From: Candidatus Aenigmatarchaeota archaeon | GTDB taxonomy: Archaea > Aenigmatarchaeota > Aenigmatarchaeia > PWEA01 | DNA: 64,000 nt | Assembly: GCA_046539325.1 (NCBI GenBank) | Contig: JBKHHD010000004.1 | Span: forward strand, 1 to 64,000 | Direction: 5' to 3' | Shown: in pieces, positions 48,657 through 58,488 of the stretch | How positions within the stretch are numbered: the stretch's first letter is position 1 | Layout: every line of letters starts with the position of its first letter | Notes under the pieces: model-generated | What the model was told of the DNA's origin: nothing | The model's input: the letters and a program-made list of their open reading frames with translations, nothing else | Databases searched by the model: none | Program-made: the position numbers and the translations under genes

Positions 48657-50162
48657 ATGTCCGAGGAAACTAAAGACAAGGAGAAGGAAAAGCTGAAAAA
48701 TCTTCAGAAACTCAGCGAGAGAGGAATGAATCCCTACGATTCTTATAGATACGATAGAACGCACACCTGCCAGGAGATAGTCGACGAATTTGAGAAACTT
48801 CAAGGCAGTCGAGCAAAGGTCTGCGGAAGAATAGTTGCTATACGGGAACACGGAAAGATAATATTCATGGATATTAAAGACAGGAGTGGTACTTTACAAG
48901 TTGTATTGAGGAAGGATGAGGTGGGTGAAGGCTTCGAAAACCTAAGCCTTCTTGGAAGAGGCGACTTTCTGGGCGTCGAGGGAGAAGTAGACAAGACCAG
49001 TCACGGTGAGAAATCGGTCATGGCCGAAAGTTTCAAAATCCTCTCAAAGGCCCTTAGAGATATTCCGCCCAGAGGACAGAAGCTTGAGAATCCAGAAAAG
49101 AGGTACAGGCAGCGTTATCTTGACCTTATATCCAACGAGGAGACGAAGGAAGTCTTCAGGAAGAGACATGAAACCACAAAGGCTATGAAGGAGTTTCTCC
49201 ACAAGAAGGAGTTCATAGAAGTCGAGACGCCTATCCTGCAGGAAATATACGGCGGAGCTCTGGCAAGACCTTTCAAGACCTATCATAATACTTTGGATCG
49301 TGAATTCTACCTGAGGATATCAGACGAGCTGTACCTAAAAAGGCTTATAGTCGGGGACTACGAGAAGGTCTACGAGATCGTCAAGGACTTCCGAAACGAG
49401 GGAATCGACACCACACATAATCCCGAATTCACACAGATGGAGTGCTACTGGGCCTTTGCCGATTACAAAGATATGATGGGTCTTACGGAAGAGATGATTT
49501 CATATATAGCTAAAGAGGTTCTAGGTACTACGAAGTTGGAGTACAACGGCAAAGAGATAGATCTCTCGACACCGTGGGAGAGAATAACCATGCTCGAAGG
49601 GTTGAAGGAGTACGCAGGAATAGATGCGGACGGAATGACGAGAAAGGAGCTGGCTATAAAGGCTGAAAATAACGGCCTTGAAGTCGATAAAAACGACTTT
49701 TGGGGCGATCTAGTCGCTTTACTGTTTGAAGAGCTTGTTGAAGAGGAGTTGGTACAGCCCACTTTTGTATATGACTACCCTGTCGAGATCTCACCACTTG
49801 CGAAGAGGAAGAGGGGCGACGACAGGCTTACGGAAAGGTTTGAAATATTTATAGCAGGTGATGAATTCGGAAATGCTTACTCCGAGCTTAACAACCCGAT
49901 AGAACAGAAGAAGCGCTTCGAGGAACAGATGAAGTTGAGAGAAGAAGGAGATATGGAAGCTCACGGAATGGATAAGGACTATATACGCGCTTTAGAATAC
50001 GGAATGCCTCCTACTGCTGGCCTCGGTATAGGTATAGATCGACTTGTTATGTTGTTTACAGACAAACAGTCTATAAAGGAGGTCATAGCCTTTCCACAGA
50101 TGGCAGAGGAGGAAGGAGAGATAGAGCTTCGCAGCGATAAAGTAGACGGGGAGAATTTTTAG
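48657..50162 (+). CDS. lysS: Lysine--tRNA ligase, class II
   Basis: RYRQRYLDL, GGALARPF, FRNEGID.THNPEFT, YGMPPTAGLGIGIDRL. Confidence 0.97.
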   Translation: MSEETKDKEKEKLKNLQKLSERGMNPYDSYRYDRTHTCQEIVDEFEKLQGSRAKVCGRIVAIREHGKIIFMDIKDRSGTLQVVLRKDEVGEGFENLSLLGRGDFLGVEGEVDKTSHGEKSVMAESFKILSKALRDIPPRGQKLENPEKRYRQRYLDLISNEETKEVFRKRHETTKAMKEFLHKKEFIEVETPILQEIYGGALARPFKTYHNTLDREFYLRISDELYLKRLIVGDYEKVYEIVKDFRNEGIDTTHNPEFTQMECYWAFADYKDMMGLTEEMISYIAKEVLGTTKLEYNGKEIDLSTPWERITMLEGLKEYAGIDADGMTRKELAIKAENNGLEVDKNDFWGDLVALLFEELVEEELVQPTFVYDYPVEISPLAKRKRGDDRLTERFEIFIAGDEFGNAYSELNNPIEQKKRFEEQMKLREEGDMEAHGMDKDYIRALEYGMPPTAGLGIGIDRLVMLFTDKQSIKEVIAFPQMAEEEGEIELRSDKVDGENF

Positions 50163-50198
50163 TTTTATATAGAAAATCAAGCAAACGAAGTACTTATC

Positions 50199-50750
50199 AT
50201 GAGCCTTTTTACTGCAATACAGTCGATCACAGGAAACAGTGCCTTGAATAGCCTTATGGTATTTTCTGCTAAGTATCTTGTCCTTGTAGTCCCTGTTTCT
50301 CTCATCTATCTATGGATATCCAAGAGAGATGAAAACGGAAGATCCGACTCCTTGTTTAGTTTCTTCAATGTTTTATTAGGGCTTGTTATATCATACATTA
50401 TAGGAATCTTTTATTTCCACGGAACGCCTTACATGCAGGGATTTGATACCATACTAACGGATGCAGCTGAGAACTCCTTTCCGAGCCAACACACGACTGT
50501 AGTTTTCTCACTAGTCTGGTCCCTTGTCTACAAACAAAGGAAGAAGCTATCCTGGATAGCCGGGTCTGCGGCTGTGCTGACAGGATTCGCAAGGATCTAC
50601 ACAGGTCTACACTTTCCTATAGATATCATTGGAGGGATAGGAGCCTCGGTTCTGGGTTTTCTTATATCCCTTTGTCTTGAAGGTTACATGAAAAGGATCT
50701 CTGAATTTATTGAAGCTCTTGAAGAAAGGATACTATCGAGGCTACAGTAA
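50199..50750 (+). CDS. PAP2 family (undecaprenyl-diphosphatase-like) phosphatase
   Basis: SFPSQH, ARIYTGLHFPIDI. Confidence 0.85.
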   Translation: MSLFTAIQSITGNSALNSLMVFSAKYLVLVVPVSLIYLWISKRDENGRSDSLFSFFNVLLGLVISYIIGIFYFHGTPYMQGFDTILTDAAENSFPSQHTTVVFSLVWSLVYKQRKKLSWIAGSAAVLTGFARIYTGLHFPIDIIGGIGASVLGFLISLCLEGYMKRISEFIEALEERILSRLQ

Positions 50751-50791
50751 GCTTTAAAAACAAAAAGAAAAAGACATCTGACGGTGATGGG

Positions 50792-51553
50792 ATGCTCTGG
50801 TATCTGACAATACTTTCAATACTATCGACTCTGTCTGCTGTAATAATTTTCATATTCCTCTTACTCAGAAAAGAGCATCTACAGTCATTCAAATTCTTCC
50901 TTCTTGGAATATTCCTAATGATAATAGATTTTTTAGTAGAATACACAGGAACTAGCCGAGGTATGTGGACCTACCACCAGTCTATGTTTTTCATAAAAGG
51001 CCTGGTCCCCATAGAACTAATGTTCCTTTTCTTTTCAGCAGGTGTATTAGCTGCATTCTTCCATACAAAGATAAGCAAAATAGAAACGCCAATCAGAATA
51101 GATTTCATCCTCTATTTTTTCATTTTAGTCACCTTTCTGCACTATATACGTAGTATCTATATGACGGGCAGCGGGGATCTCCTCTACTTGTCCATAACCA
51201 TAGGCCTTTGGGGTCTTTACAATATCTCGGAGAAGAACAAAGAAAGTGCTCTCATGCTCGCCTTTCTGGCTGCAGTGTTGGACTTCGTAGCTGAAAAAAT
51301 AGTAATAGGTGCAGGAGGATATAGTTACCAGCATGGCTTCGACATCTCGATTCCGATACTATATGCACTCCTGACCCTTGGCCTGCTCGCAGTACTTGAG
51401 AAAATGGACAAGCTGGACGAGCTTCTCGAGCATCCTCTAGTTAAAAGAATTCTGAAGACAGTGGGCGTGAAAAGGGAAAAATACAAGGACAAGTTCAACA
51501 ACATCAAGGAAAGACTCGAGGAAAAGATGAAAGAAAAGAGTGGACTGGTCTAA
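50792..51553 (+). CDS. Multi-pass membrane protein
   Basis: About 7 hydrophobic segments; internal duplication DF..E....G...Y. Confidence 0.65.
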   Translation: MLWYLTILSILSTLSAVIIFIFLLLRKEHLQSFKFFLLGIFLMIIDFLVEYTGTSRGMWTYHQSMFFIKGLVPIELMFLFFSAGVLAAFFHTKISKIETPIRIDFILYFFILVTFLHYIRSIYMTGSGDLLYLSITIGLWGLYNISEKNKESALMLAFLAAVLDFVAEKIVIGAGGYSYQHGFDISIPILYALLTLGLLAVLEKMDKLDELLEHPLVKRILKTVGVKREKYKDKFNNIKERLEEKMKEKSGLV

Positions 51554-51705
51554 TGTACCTTTAGTCAAGGATGAACCAGTTTTGGTTACTTATTCTACAG
51601 ACCTGCTTTGTGGTACTCAATAAAGATCGCAAGGGTATAATGACACCTTTGAAGGAGAAGGATTCCTTGAATGCGTCATAAATGCGGGGTTCATTTTCAG
51701 AGCCT

Positions 51706-51955
51706 TCAACCCATCAGGGACCTGTACTGGTTTTCCTTGCCTTCGTCTAATTTCCCTGTGGTGAATTCATTCTTTCCCTCGTCCTTGAGGTCTTGAAGAA
51801 CCATCAGCATTTTATAGCGCGGAGGCTCTGAATCAGGGTTTGCGACTTCCTCGGTAATATCTTCTATCGTAAAGCTTCCTTCATTGTATTTGTTCCCGAT
51901 TACATCTCTAACGCTTTTTTTTCAGTTCTCCGTTTATCTCGTAACACTTAACCAC
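51706..51955 (-). pseudogene. Hypothetical 82-aa protein broken by one extra A in an A8 run
   Basis: GAGGTG RBS + GTG; removing one base from T8 at 51915-51922 restores MVKCYEINGELKKSVRDVIG...YRSLMG. Confidence 0.45.
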
Positions 51956-52062
51956 TAAGCACACCTCTTATGCATTGTTGAGAGATAAGCTTAAATATCT
52001 CAATAATCTTCTCATCAGATCCTCAAATTTTTAGTAAGTTGAAAACAAAATAATGTAACACT

Positions 52063-52206
52063 ATGACGAAAAAGTTTTTCGAATGTCAGGTCTGTGGGGA
52101 TATCCACTACGGTGAGGCGGGTCCAGCTATCTGCCCAACCTGTGGCTCAGAGGAAGCGTACGAAGAGACTGAGGAAATAGAAGCAAGGGAGGCGATGGGC
52201 CTCTGA
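52063..52206 (+). CDS. Rubredoxin-like protein (47 aa)
   Basis: ECQVCGDIH...ICPTCG; TGATG overlap with next gene; not in ORF track. Confidence 0.8.
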   Translation: MTKKFFECQVCGDIHYGEAGPAICPTCGSEEAYEETEEIEAREAMGL

Positions 52207-52922
52207 TGAAGACCGAAGCAGAGATTAAAAAGATAAGTGAGGAGACACATGACGTTAAGACCTTTAGACTTGATCCGGAAAAAACTGTAGACTTTACACC
52301 CGGACAGTACTGCTTAGTTTCAATAATTGGTTCTGAGGAACACAAAGGAACGGAAAAACCCTTCACTTATGCCAACTCGCCTATGGAGAACTACGTGGAG
52401 CTAGCTATAAAGAAAATCGGCGAGTTCACGGCAGCTCTCCATAACTTGGAAGAAGGAGACAAGCTGCTTCTGGACGGCCCAAGAGGTGAGTCGTTGAATT
52501 TTGACGAAACTGTGGAAGAGGATGTTGTTTTCCTTGCCGGAGGTTCGGGTATAACTCCTTTCATCTCTGCGATCCGCTACTCAATAGATAAAGAACTTTC
52601 TAATAAAATGACGGTTATATTCAGCAACCGGACCGAGGAGGATATAATTTACAGAGAAGAACTGCAAAATATCAACAATCGGAAAAAAATAAAAGTGGTT
52701 AACACGCTGACCGATAATTGGCCTGAGGACTGGGAGGGGGAGACGGGACTGATAGATAATGAAATGTTAGAAAGACATGTAAAAGGTGTCAAGGACAAAA
52801 TCTGGTACATCTGCGGTCCGCCGCCGATGATAGACGACATGGAAGATCTGCTGCTATCGAAAGACGTACCTCAGGAAAGGCTTAGATACGAGAACTGGAT
52901 GATCCCTGGTAAGGGAAATTAA
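52206..52922 (+). CDS. FAD/NAD(P)H oxidoreductase (FNR-like)
   Basis: FTPGQY, GPRG, AGGSGITP, YICGPPPM. Confidence 0.9.
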   Translation: MKTEAEIKKISEETHDVKTFRLDPEKTVDFTPGQYCLVSIIGSEEHKGTEKPFTYANSPMENYVELAIKKIGEFTAALHNLEEGDKLLLDGPRGESLNFDETVEEDVVFLAGGSGITPFISAIRYSIDKELSNKMTVIFSNRTEEDIIYREELQNINNRKKIKVVNTLTDNWPEDWEGETGLIDNEMLERHVKGVKDKIWYICGPPPMIDDMEDLLLSKDVPQERLRYENWMIPGKGN

Positions 52923-53082
52923 CTTTTTTCACCGTTTGGAGTAAACTATTAAATCAGAAAAGATGTCATACGCTTCCTCCTTTTCACCGTAAGGAGGAAA
53001 CATTTCCAAAGTAGTCTGCAGCCCTTCTTCATAAATTCTTGTTTTTTCACTTAGTTCTTTCTTCCCACTTCCCATTTCCACA

Positions 53083-53727
53083 TCACTGTATCTGGGAAAG
53101 TATATTTTCTATGGCACCGTCATCGTATATATTTTTCTCCGAGGCTGGAGTTCCATGTCCAGGAAGAAGTACGGATATATCTCCAAGGTTTTTGATTCTT
53201 CTCAGCGACTCCTTTATCTTTTCCTCGCTGCCGCCGGGTATATCCGTCCTACCGAAACCATCAGTAAAAATTAAATCACCGGAGATCAGAACTCCCTTGT
53301 CTTCGTCCCAGAGGACTATTGATCCAGGAGCATGGCCAGGTGTATGCAAAACTTCAAAGCTGTACGTGGAAGTTTCAAGAGTCTCGTTCTCCTCTAATCT
53401 CTCGTCAACCTCCGGAGGTTCGAAGTCACCATCGAAGGCCTGCGAAAGGCTTCTTTCCTCAGTAAGTTCTGCGTTCTCATGAGCAAGGAGCTTCGCGCCT
53501 GTTTCCTCCTTGAGTTCCTCCGCGGCTCCGCAATGGTCGAAATGTTCGTGTGTCAGAACTATTCTTTTGATCTTGTTTTTGTCCACGTCAAATCTGTCCA
53601 TCTGTTCCAACGTTTCTTCAACGAAGGAGCCAGTTCCTGCATCCACTAACAGCTCGTTGTCGATGCAGTAGACGTTTGAGTCCATACCGGCGCCATTCAG
53701 CAATAATATGTTTTCGGTTATTTGCAT
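53083..53727 (-). CDS. MBL-fold hydrolase (glyoxalase II-like)
   Basis: THEHFDH, HTPGH, SGD, PGHG. Confidence 0.9.
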   Translation of the reverse strand: MQITENILLLNGAGMDSNVYCIDNELLVDAGTGSFVEETLEQMDRFDVDKNKIKRIVLTHEHFDHCGAAEELKEETGAKLLAHENAELTEERSLSQAFDGDFEPPEVDERLEENETLETSTYSFEVLHTPGHAPGSIVLWDEDKGVLISGDLIFTDGFGRTDIPGGSEEKIKESLRRIKNLGDISVLLPGHGTPASEKNIYDDGAIENILSQIQ

Positions 53728-53814
53728 AAGCAAGTATTCTTCAGAAAAACTTAAATAGGTTGGTCTTCTTGAAAACTTAGAAATTTAAAGAAAGGAAGAA
53801 AAGACTTAAAGAGT

Positions 53815-54324
53815 ATGGATCCTGAGGATACCGAAGAAGAAGTTCTTATGGACCTGAAGCCATCCAGACGTCGGTTCATAAAGGAATACGTAGGGGCCGC
53901 AGTCTGGGCCATAATAGGATTTGTTATACTATACGGCAACTGGACATTTCCCCTTCAGGAGACATTACGCCGGCCGGAGCTACTCGGTGCAGCCTTTTTC
54001 TTCTCAGCGGCATTTCTCTTCACTTCATATGCAGAAGCAAGGAGATATGTTGAACATTATATAATCACGAATACAGCTGTTTACGAGGACATAGGTGTTT
54101 TCACAGATCGGCACACGGACCTCCCTTTCATGAAGCTAGAAAGATGCGGTGTCCATAGACCTTTCATAGAAAAGATCATGGGTATAGGAGACGTGAGAGT
54201 TGATTCAGGCCGCGACTTCTTCATCATAAAGGGGGTAACCAATCCCAATGACGTGGAGAGACTTATTGAAAGAAGGATGAGGGAGGTCATGGGCGGTGGA
54301 AGCGTAGCTGCCGTCAACGATTAA
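53815..54324 (+). CDS. Membrane protein with bacterial PH (bPH_2) domain
   Basis: Two TM, YIITN...G...EKIMGIGDV. Confidence 0.75.
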   Translation: MDPEDTEEEVLMDLKPSRRRFIKEYVGAAVWAIIGFVILYGNWTFPLQETLRRPELLGAAFFFSAAFLFTSYAEARRYVEHYIITNTAVYEDIGVFTDRHTDLPFMKLERCGVHRPFIEKIMGIGDVRVDSGRDFFIIKGVTNPNDVERLIERRMREVMGGGSVAAVND

Positions 54325-54327
54325 ACT

Positions 54328-54549
54328 CTACTGTCGAATGTTCATGTGGTCCGAAATAAGCTTCTCTTCTTCGCTCTCGCTTATCTTGATGAGGACTGCA
54401 ATGGAAATTACACAGAAGAAAAAAGCCAAGGCCAGCGAGGACCATAGAGAAATAATACTGGAGCCAGGAACCATCAAATTCATCAATAAAGAGTAAAATG
54501 AAAAAGTAACCGGAATAGCAAGTGCAAAAAAGGCTTTGGGTCTTATCAT
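54328..54549 (-). CDS. Small membrane protein
   Basis: Two hydrophobic segments. Confidence 0.45.
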   Translation of the reverse strand: MIRPKAFFALAIPVTFSFYSLLMNLMVPGSSIISLWSSLALAFFFCVISIAVLIKISESEEEKLISDHMNIRQ

Positions 54550-54580
54550 AGTTTAGAAATATTCGTCAGAGAATAAAAAT

Positions 54581-55645
54581 CTATCCTTCCTTGGATCCGC
54601 TTTTCAGTCTTCCGTAGATGGCATCTTCCACATAATCAAGGAATTCATCTATCGGACCGGCAATGTTCTTATCGGCTGTTGGAGTATCCTTTTTTATGTC
54701 GTGCTTAGTTTCAGAGCCTTTCATATCGTCTACAAAACCGTCAAGCTTCTTTAGAAAGAGATCAGAAGACAGTGGAACGCCCCTTTCATCTTTTTCCTTG
54801 TCAAAGTATTTTTCGGGTTCCTTGCCATCAATCAAGAAATCCCTGTACTGCTTGAAGTTACTGTTCCAGTCTTCAAAGCTATAGTTTTCGTCTTCAAAAA
54901 TAAGGTCCGCTGCAAGTTCTGCGAACTCCTCTGCTTTCTCGCCTCTTTCCTCTATAACTTTGAATCTAGTACCTTGATACATACCCAACGCAGCCTTGAG
55001 GTATGTCTCGGCTTCCAGAGGATCAACACTCCACAGACCATCCTTTCTTTTTTTCAAGGTCAGCTCAGCCGAAAGCTCCAAATGGTCGTTCTCCAAGCTC
55101 AGTTCATAGTTGACCTCCCTTTCACCTTTCATGGTTTTAGAATCAGAATCAGTAACCACCCAGCTCGCAGAAACCTTTTCTTCACCTAAGGTCATGTTCT
55201 TATTCCAGGAGTCTATGTCTTCATGCCTCTCCATATGTCTTGCAAAGAGCTCGGGGAACTCAGAGAAGGTACTGTAGTCATACTTCGTTTCCGGGGCCTC
55301 AATTTCCTCCCTCAAAGAATACGTATACTTTCTCGAAAAACGTTCTTCTTCCCATTTTTCACCCATGTTGTTTATCTCGTTAGCTATCTTTTCTGGAGGA
55401 CTTTTCACACTTAAAGCTGCCTTCCTCCTACCGTTTTCCCAGATTCTTGTTCTGTAAAGCTCTTCGTTTTCAAGGCCGTGTATAATCCCTTGTCTCAGTC
55501 GCCTGGAAGAGGTATCCTTGAAATCTCTCCGCAGCTTCTGTAAGGTAATTGTATCTTTGAAGATGCCCTCAGAAGCGACGTAAGGAACAATATACTCTGA
55601 TATCTCTTCTGCAGTTTCTTCATCTATCCCATTTGATTCGCCCAT
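54581..55645 (-). CDS. Hypothetical protein, possible N-terminal wHTH
   Basis: AGGTGA RBS; ITLQKLRRDF...RLRQGI..L; third gene of tight operon. Confidence 0.6.
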   Translation of the reverse strand: MGESNGIDEETAEEISEYIVPYVASEGIFKDTITLQKLRRDFKDTSSRRLRQGIIHGLENEELYRTRIWENGRRKAALSVKSPPEKIANEINNMGEKWEEERFSRKYTYSLREEIEAPETKYDYSTFSEFPELFARHMERHEDIDSWNKNMTLGEEKVSASWVVTDSDSKTMKGEREVNYELSLENDHLELSAELTLKKRKDGLWSVDPLEAETYLKAALGMYQGTRFKVIEERGEKAEEFAELAADLIFEDENYSFEDWNSNFKQYRDFLIDGKEPEKYFDKEKDERGVPLSSDLFLKKLDGFVDDMKGSETKHDIKKDTPTADKNIAGPIDEFLDYVEDAIYGRLKSGSKEG

Positions 55646-55649
55646 GAAA

Positions 55650-56474
55650 TCACCTTTCTTTGTTATCGTCGTGTATCTCAACTAATTTCATCCTACCACA
55701 GTTCAGTAGTTCCTCTACAATTTCTCTTTCAGGTTCTCTGAAGTCAAGGACAGCCTCCTCTGAACCCTCAAATCCGAAGTTTATGACCTTACAGTCAACC
55801 TCCTTTTCAGGATACTCCTTCTCAACAAGATAAGCGTTGCCTAAAGTCTGTAAAACATGGTCTTTGTTGAGTTCTTTGACTACCTTTATCTCCCGAAGGC
55901 GCGCTTTATCATCTTCCCAAAAAACATCCGCCTTGCCCACCACACCGTTACTCCTGAACATTCTTTCAGATTTTATATCCGGTATCTTAAACCCATGCAT
56001 CCCTTCAGCATTGAAGTCAGTCCGAATAAGTTCGTCGACGTAGTCCTCCTTAAGAAACTGTTCAGCAGCCCTTTCGCCATGTTTCTCAAGGTAGAAACCC
56101 ATAAAGCTTTCGTAGATCTTTCCAATGCTATCAAACAAGTCATCCTTTCTGTAGTTTACTGTATTCCCTGAAAGTAAATCTCTTCCAAAGCTCTTGCATT
56201 CATCAACAAACTCTTCCCCATCTTCCGAAATCAAGGCCAAGGAAGGGGACAACGCGTAGAGCTTCTGAATAAAGTCATGTGCTATTTTCTTCTCCTCACT
56301 ATTAGGAATCCAGATACCATCATCAGGTTCGTATTTATTGTCGAAGGTTCTTTCTGTCTTGCTCTGTGCAGCGTCGCCGCTTAGGACCTTATAAATTTCT
56401 TCATCAGGCAATTCACCCTTTCTTATATCATCGACACAACCAAGCTGAGATGTGTAAATGTCCACAGAAATCAT
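55650..56474 (-). CDS. Cas4/RecB-like PD-(D/E)XK nuclease
   Basis: SE...GVVGKADV...REIK...HVLQ..NAYL. Confidence 0.65.
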   Translation of the reverse strand: MISVDIYTSQLGCVDDIRKGELPDEEIYKVLSGDAAQSKTERTFDNKYEPDDGIWIPNSEEKKIAHDFIQKLYALSPSLALISEDGEEFVDECKSFGRDLLSGNTVNYRKDDLFDSIGKIYESFMGFYLEKHGERAAEQFLKEDYVDELIRTDFNAEGMHGFKIPDIKSERMFRSNGVVGKADVFWEDDKARLREIKVVKELNKDHVLQTLGNAYLVEKEYPEKEVDCKVINFGFEGSEEAVLDFREPEREIVEELLNCGRMKLVEIHDDNKER

Positions 56475-56776
56475 TCCTCCAAAAGAACTCTTATCGAATC
56501 AAAATAAGATATACAGTATTTAAGCCCTTTCCTGTTTCTTAATACATCAAGCTTTCCGTCTATCAAAACGTCGATACCTTTAGTTTTATCGTCTTCAAGA
56601 TCCTTATATACTTCTTCATAATCAGACTCATTCAGCCTAACGACCTCCGCCGATCTGGAGTCAGACTCATTAAAATAGAATTTTTTAGATTCTCCATCGT
56701 ACCTGAGAGTACCCCTGTACAGTCCTTCTTCGCCTACATACTCCTCGGAAATATGTCCCAGGTCTTTGTCTTTCAT
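56471..56776 (-). CDS. Small putative OB-fold protein
   Basis: YVGEE..YRGTL...G.DVLIDGKL strand pattern; ATGA overlap with the nuclease gene. Confidence 0.5.
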   Translation of the reverse strand: MKDKDLGHISEEYVGEEGLYRGTLRYDGESKKFYFNESDSRSAEVVRLNESDYEEVYKDLEDDKTKGIDVLIDGKLDVLRNRKGLKYCISYFDSIRVLLEE

Positions 56777-56862
56777 GTAAGGTTTACTTGTTCCAAAGGC
56801 TTAAATATCGTGAAAAAAAACGCCGAAAACAATTCAAACATGGGATATTACCTCATTATATC

Positions 56863-57306
56863 ATGTCAGAAATGAATTCAGAGACTAAGGAAGAAATCAA
56901 AAAAGGCTACGAGGCTCTCTGCTACGTTGCTCAGGAAGAACTTGGAAAGGACGGGATCCCTATTCCTGAATCCTGCATAATCGCAAAGGAAGTCCAAGAA
57001 GAAACTAATGGAAAGATCTTCAGTTACATGGAGAAAACAGATAGGGATAAGTTAAAGGAGCTTGTAGAAGATGCAAGTGATAAAAGACCAAATGACGTCC
57101 TAGACGAAATTTACAACAACAGAAAAGAACTGAGAAGCATCTTCAATGTTGCACAAACAAACGGAGTAAGCTTAGGTAAAACAGGACATGACGAGGCATG
57201 CATTTACAATTCATCTTCAAGGCTTCCAGAACAATACAAGGACCACCTTGATGAGATCAAAGAAAAGGCAGGGAAATTTTTGGACGACGACAGAAAAGAA
57301 AATTAA
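56863..57306 (+). CDS. Hypothetical protein
   Basis: Acidic helical ORF divergent from the nuclease operon. Confidence 0.5.
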   Translation: MSEMNSETKEEIKKGYEALCYVAQEELGKDGIPIPESCIIAKEVQEETNGKIFSYMEKTDRDKLKELVEDASDKRPNDVLDEIYNNRKELRSIFNVAQTNGVSLGKTGHDEACIYNSSSRLPEQYKDHLDEIKEKAGKFLDDDRKEN

Positions 57307-57396
57307 GAAGATTTAATTTACCTGAAGTAATTCTAATTAATAGTTTTGAGTTATTTGTAATCATATAATAGTAACATATTTTTTAGAAGATCAGAT

Positions 57397-58407
57397 CTAA
57401 ACTACTTTACCCAAGTAGAGGTTGTGTTTGCTTCTTAGGATTTCCACATCGATCTTCTCTCCAATGGTAGTTTTCTCTCCGTTGAGAACTGTTATAGTTC
57501 TATGGTCTGAAACAGCCAGCTTCTGTCCAGGATTCCAGCCCTGTGCAAGCACTTCAGCTTTGACCTTCTCACCCCTTCTAAAAACCTTAGGCAGGGCAAA
57601 TCCTACCTTCTCTATGTTGAAGTCTTTGGGGCTTAACCTTAGCTTTATGCTGTACTTTTCTTCCAAAGACCTAAGCTTGTTGTGAAACTCCTTCCAGGAT
57701 TTTTCACTGCAGCCGTCGACCTTCCTACCGTTTCTATGCTCTCTGTACTTCTGTATTCCCAGCGCAGGCCAGTTCTCTCCTGCGCCTATACCCTTCGCGT
57801 ACTGTACAATCTCCTCAATATCTCCATCGTTCAGGCCGTCTATCCAGACAGGAGCTATGAGTAGGTCTATTTCGCTTTCGGCTATAGCTTCAGCGTTTTT
57901 CCTCACCTTGTTTAGATCGTAGCTACCGGTTCCTGCCATGAACTTCGCTCTTTCATCTTCCAGAGAGTTGATGGTCAGATTTATCCTGTCCAGTCCTGCT
58001 TCCTCCAGCTGATTTATCATCTCTTCGTCCAGAAGCATTCCGTTGGTCTGCATGGACATAACCTCCACGTCCTCAAGCCTGGAAAATCTATCCACGAGCT
58101 CCACGATCTTTGGATAAAGAAGTGGCTCGCCGCAGCCGTCTATATGCATTTCTACATCATTGCTTTCCTTCCTCGAAGCCATAGCTCCCGCGTACTCGAC
58201 CATGTAGTCCGGGGATACTTCATACCTCGCTTGTTTATTGCCTTCTGGACCTTCGTCCACGGAACAAAAGGGACAGAAGAGGTTACAGCCGGAGACAGGT
58301 CTTATCTGCAGCAAATTCGTGCCTCTGTCCACGACCCCAAAGGGAAGGGCTCCAGTCAGAGGAAGATCTACTTCTTCGCCAACCTTAACCAACTCTCTAT
58401 CGTCCAT
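57397..58407 (-). CDS. Archaeal radical SAM protein with C-terminal TRAM-like domain (COG2100-like)
   Basis: FGVVDRGTNLLQIRP.SGCNLFCPFCSVDEG, HIDGCGEP. Confidence 0.85.
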   Translation of the reverse strand: MDDRELVKVGEEVDLPLTGALPFGVVDRGTNLLQIRPVSGCNLFCPFCSVDEGPEGNKQARYEVSPDYMVEYAGAMASRKESNDVEMHIDGCGEPLLYPKIVELVDRFSRLEDVEVMSMQTNGMLLDEEMINQLEEAGLDRINLTINSLEDERAKFMAGTGSYDLNKVRKNAEAIAESEIDLLIAPVWIDGLNDGDIEEIVQYAKGIGAGENWPALGIQKYREHRNGRKVDGCSEKSWKEFHNKLRSLEEKYSIKLRLSPKDFNIEKVGFALPKVFRRGEKVKAEVLAQGWNPGQKLAVSDHRTITVLNGEKTTIGEKIDVEILRSKHNLYLGKVV

Positions 58408-58488
58408 AGACCTAACTAAGCCTGTGAAATGATTTAAAGAAAGGGGTAACCGCGATCTATAAGTGTCTTGAGAAGAAACTATAATGTT

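Noticed and set aside
52929-53075. 48-aa minus-strand ORF after the MBL hydrolase
   Set aside because: Plausible composition but no motif; insufficient support
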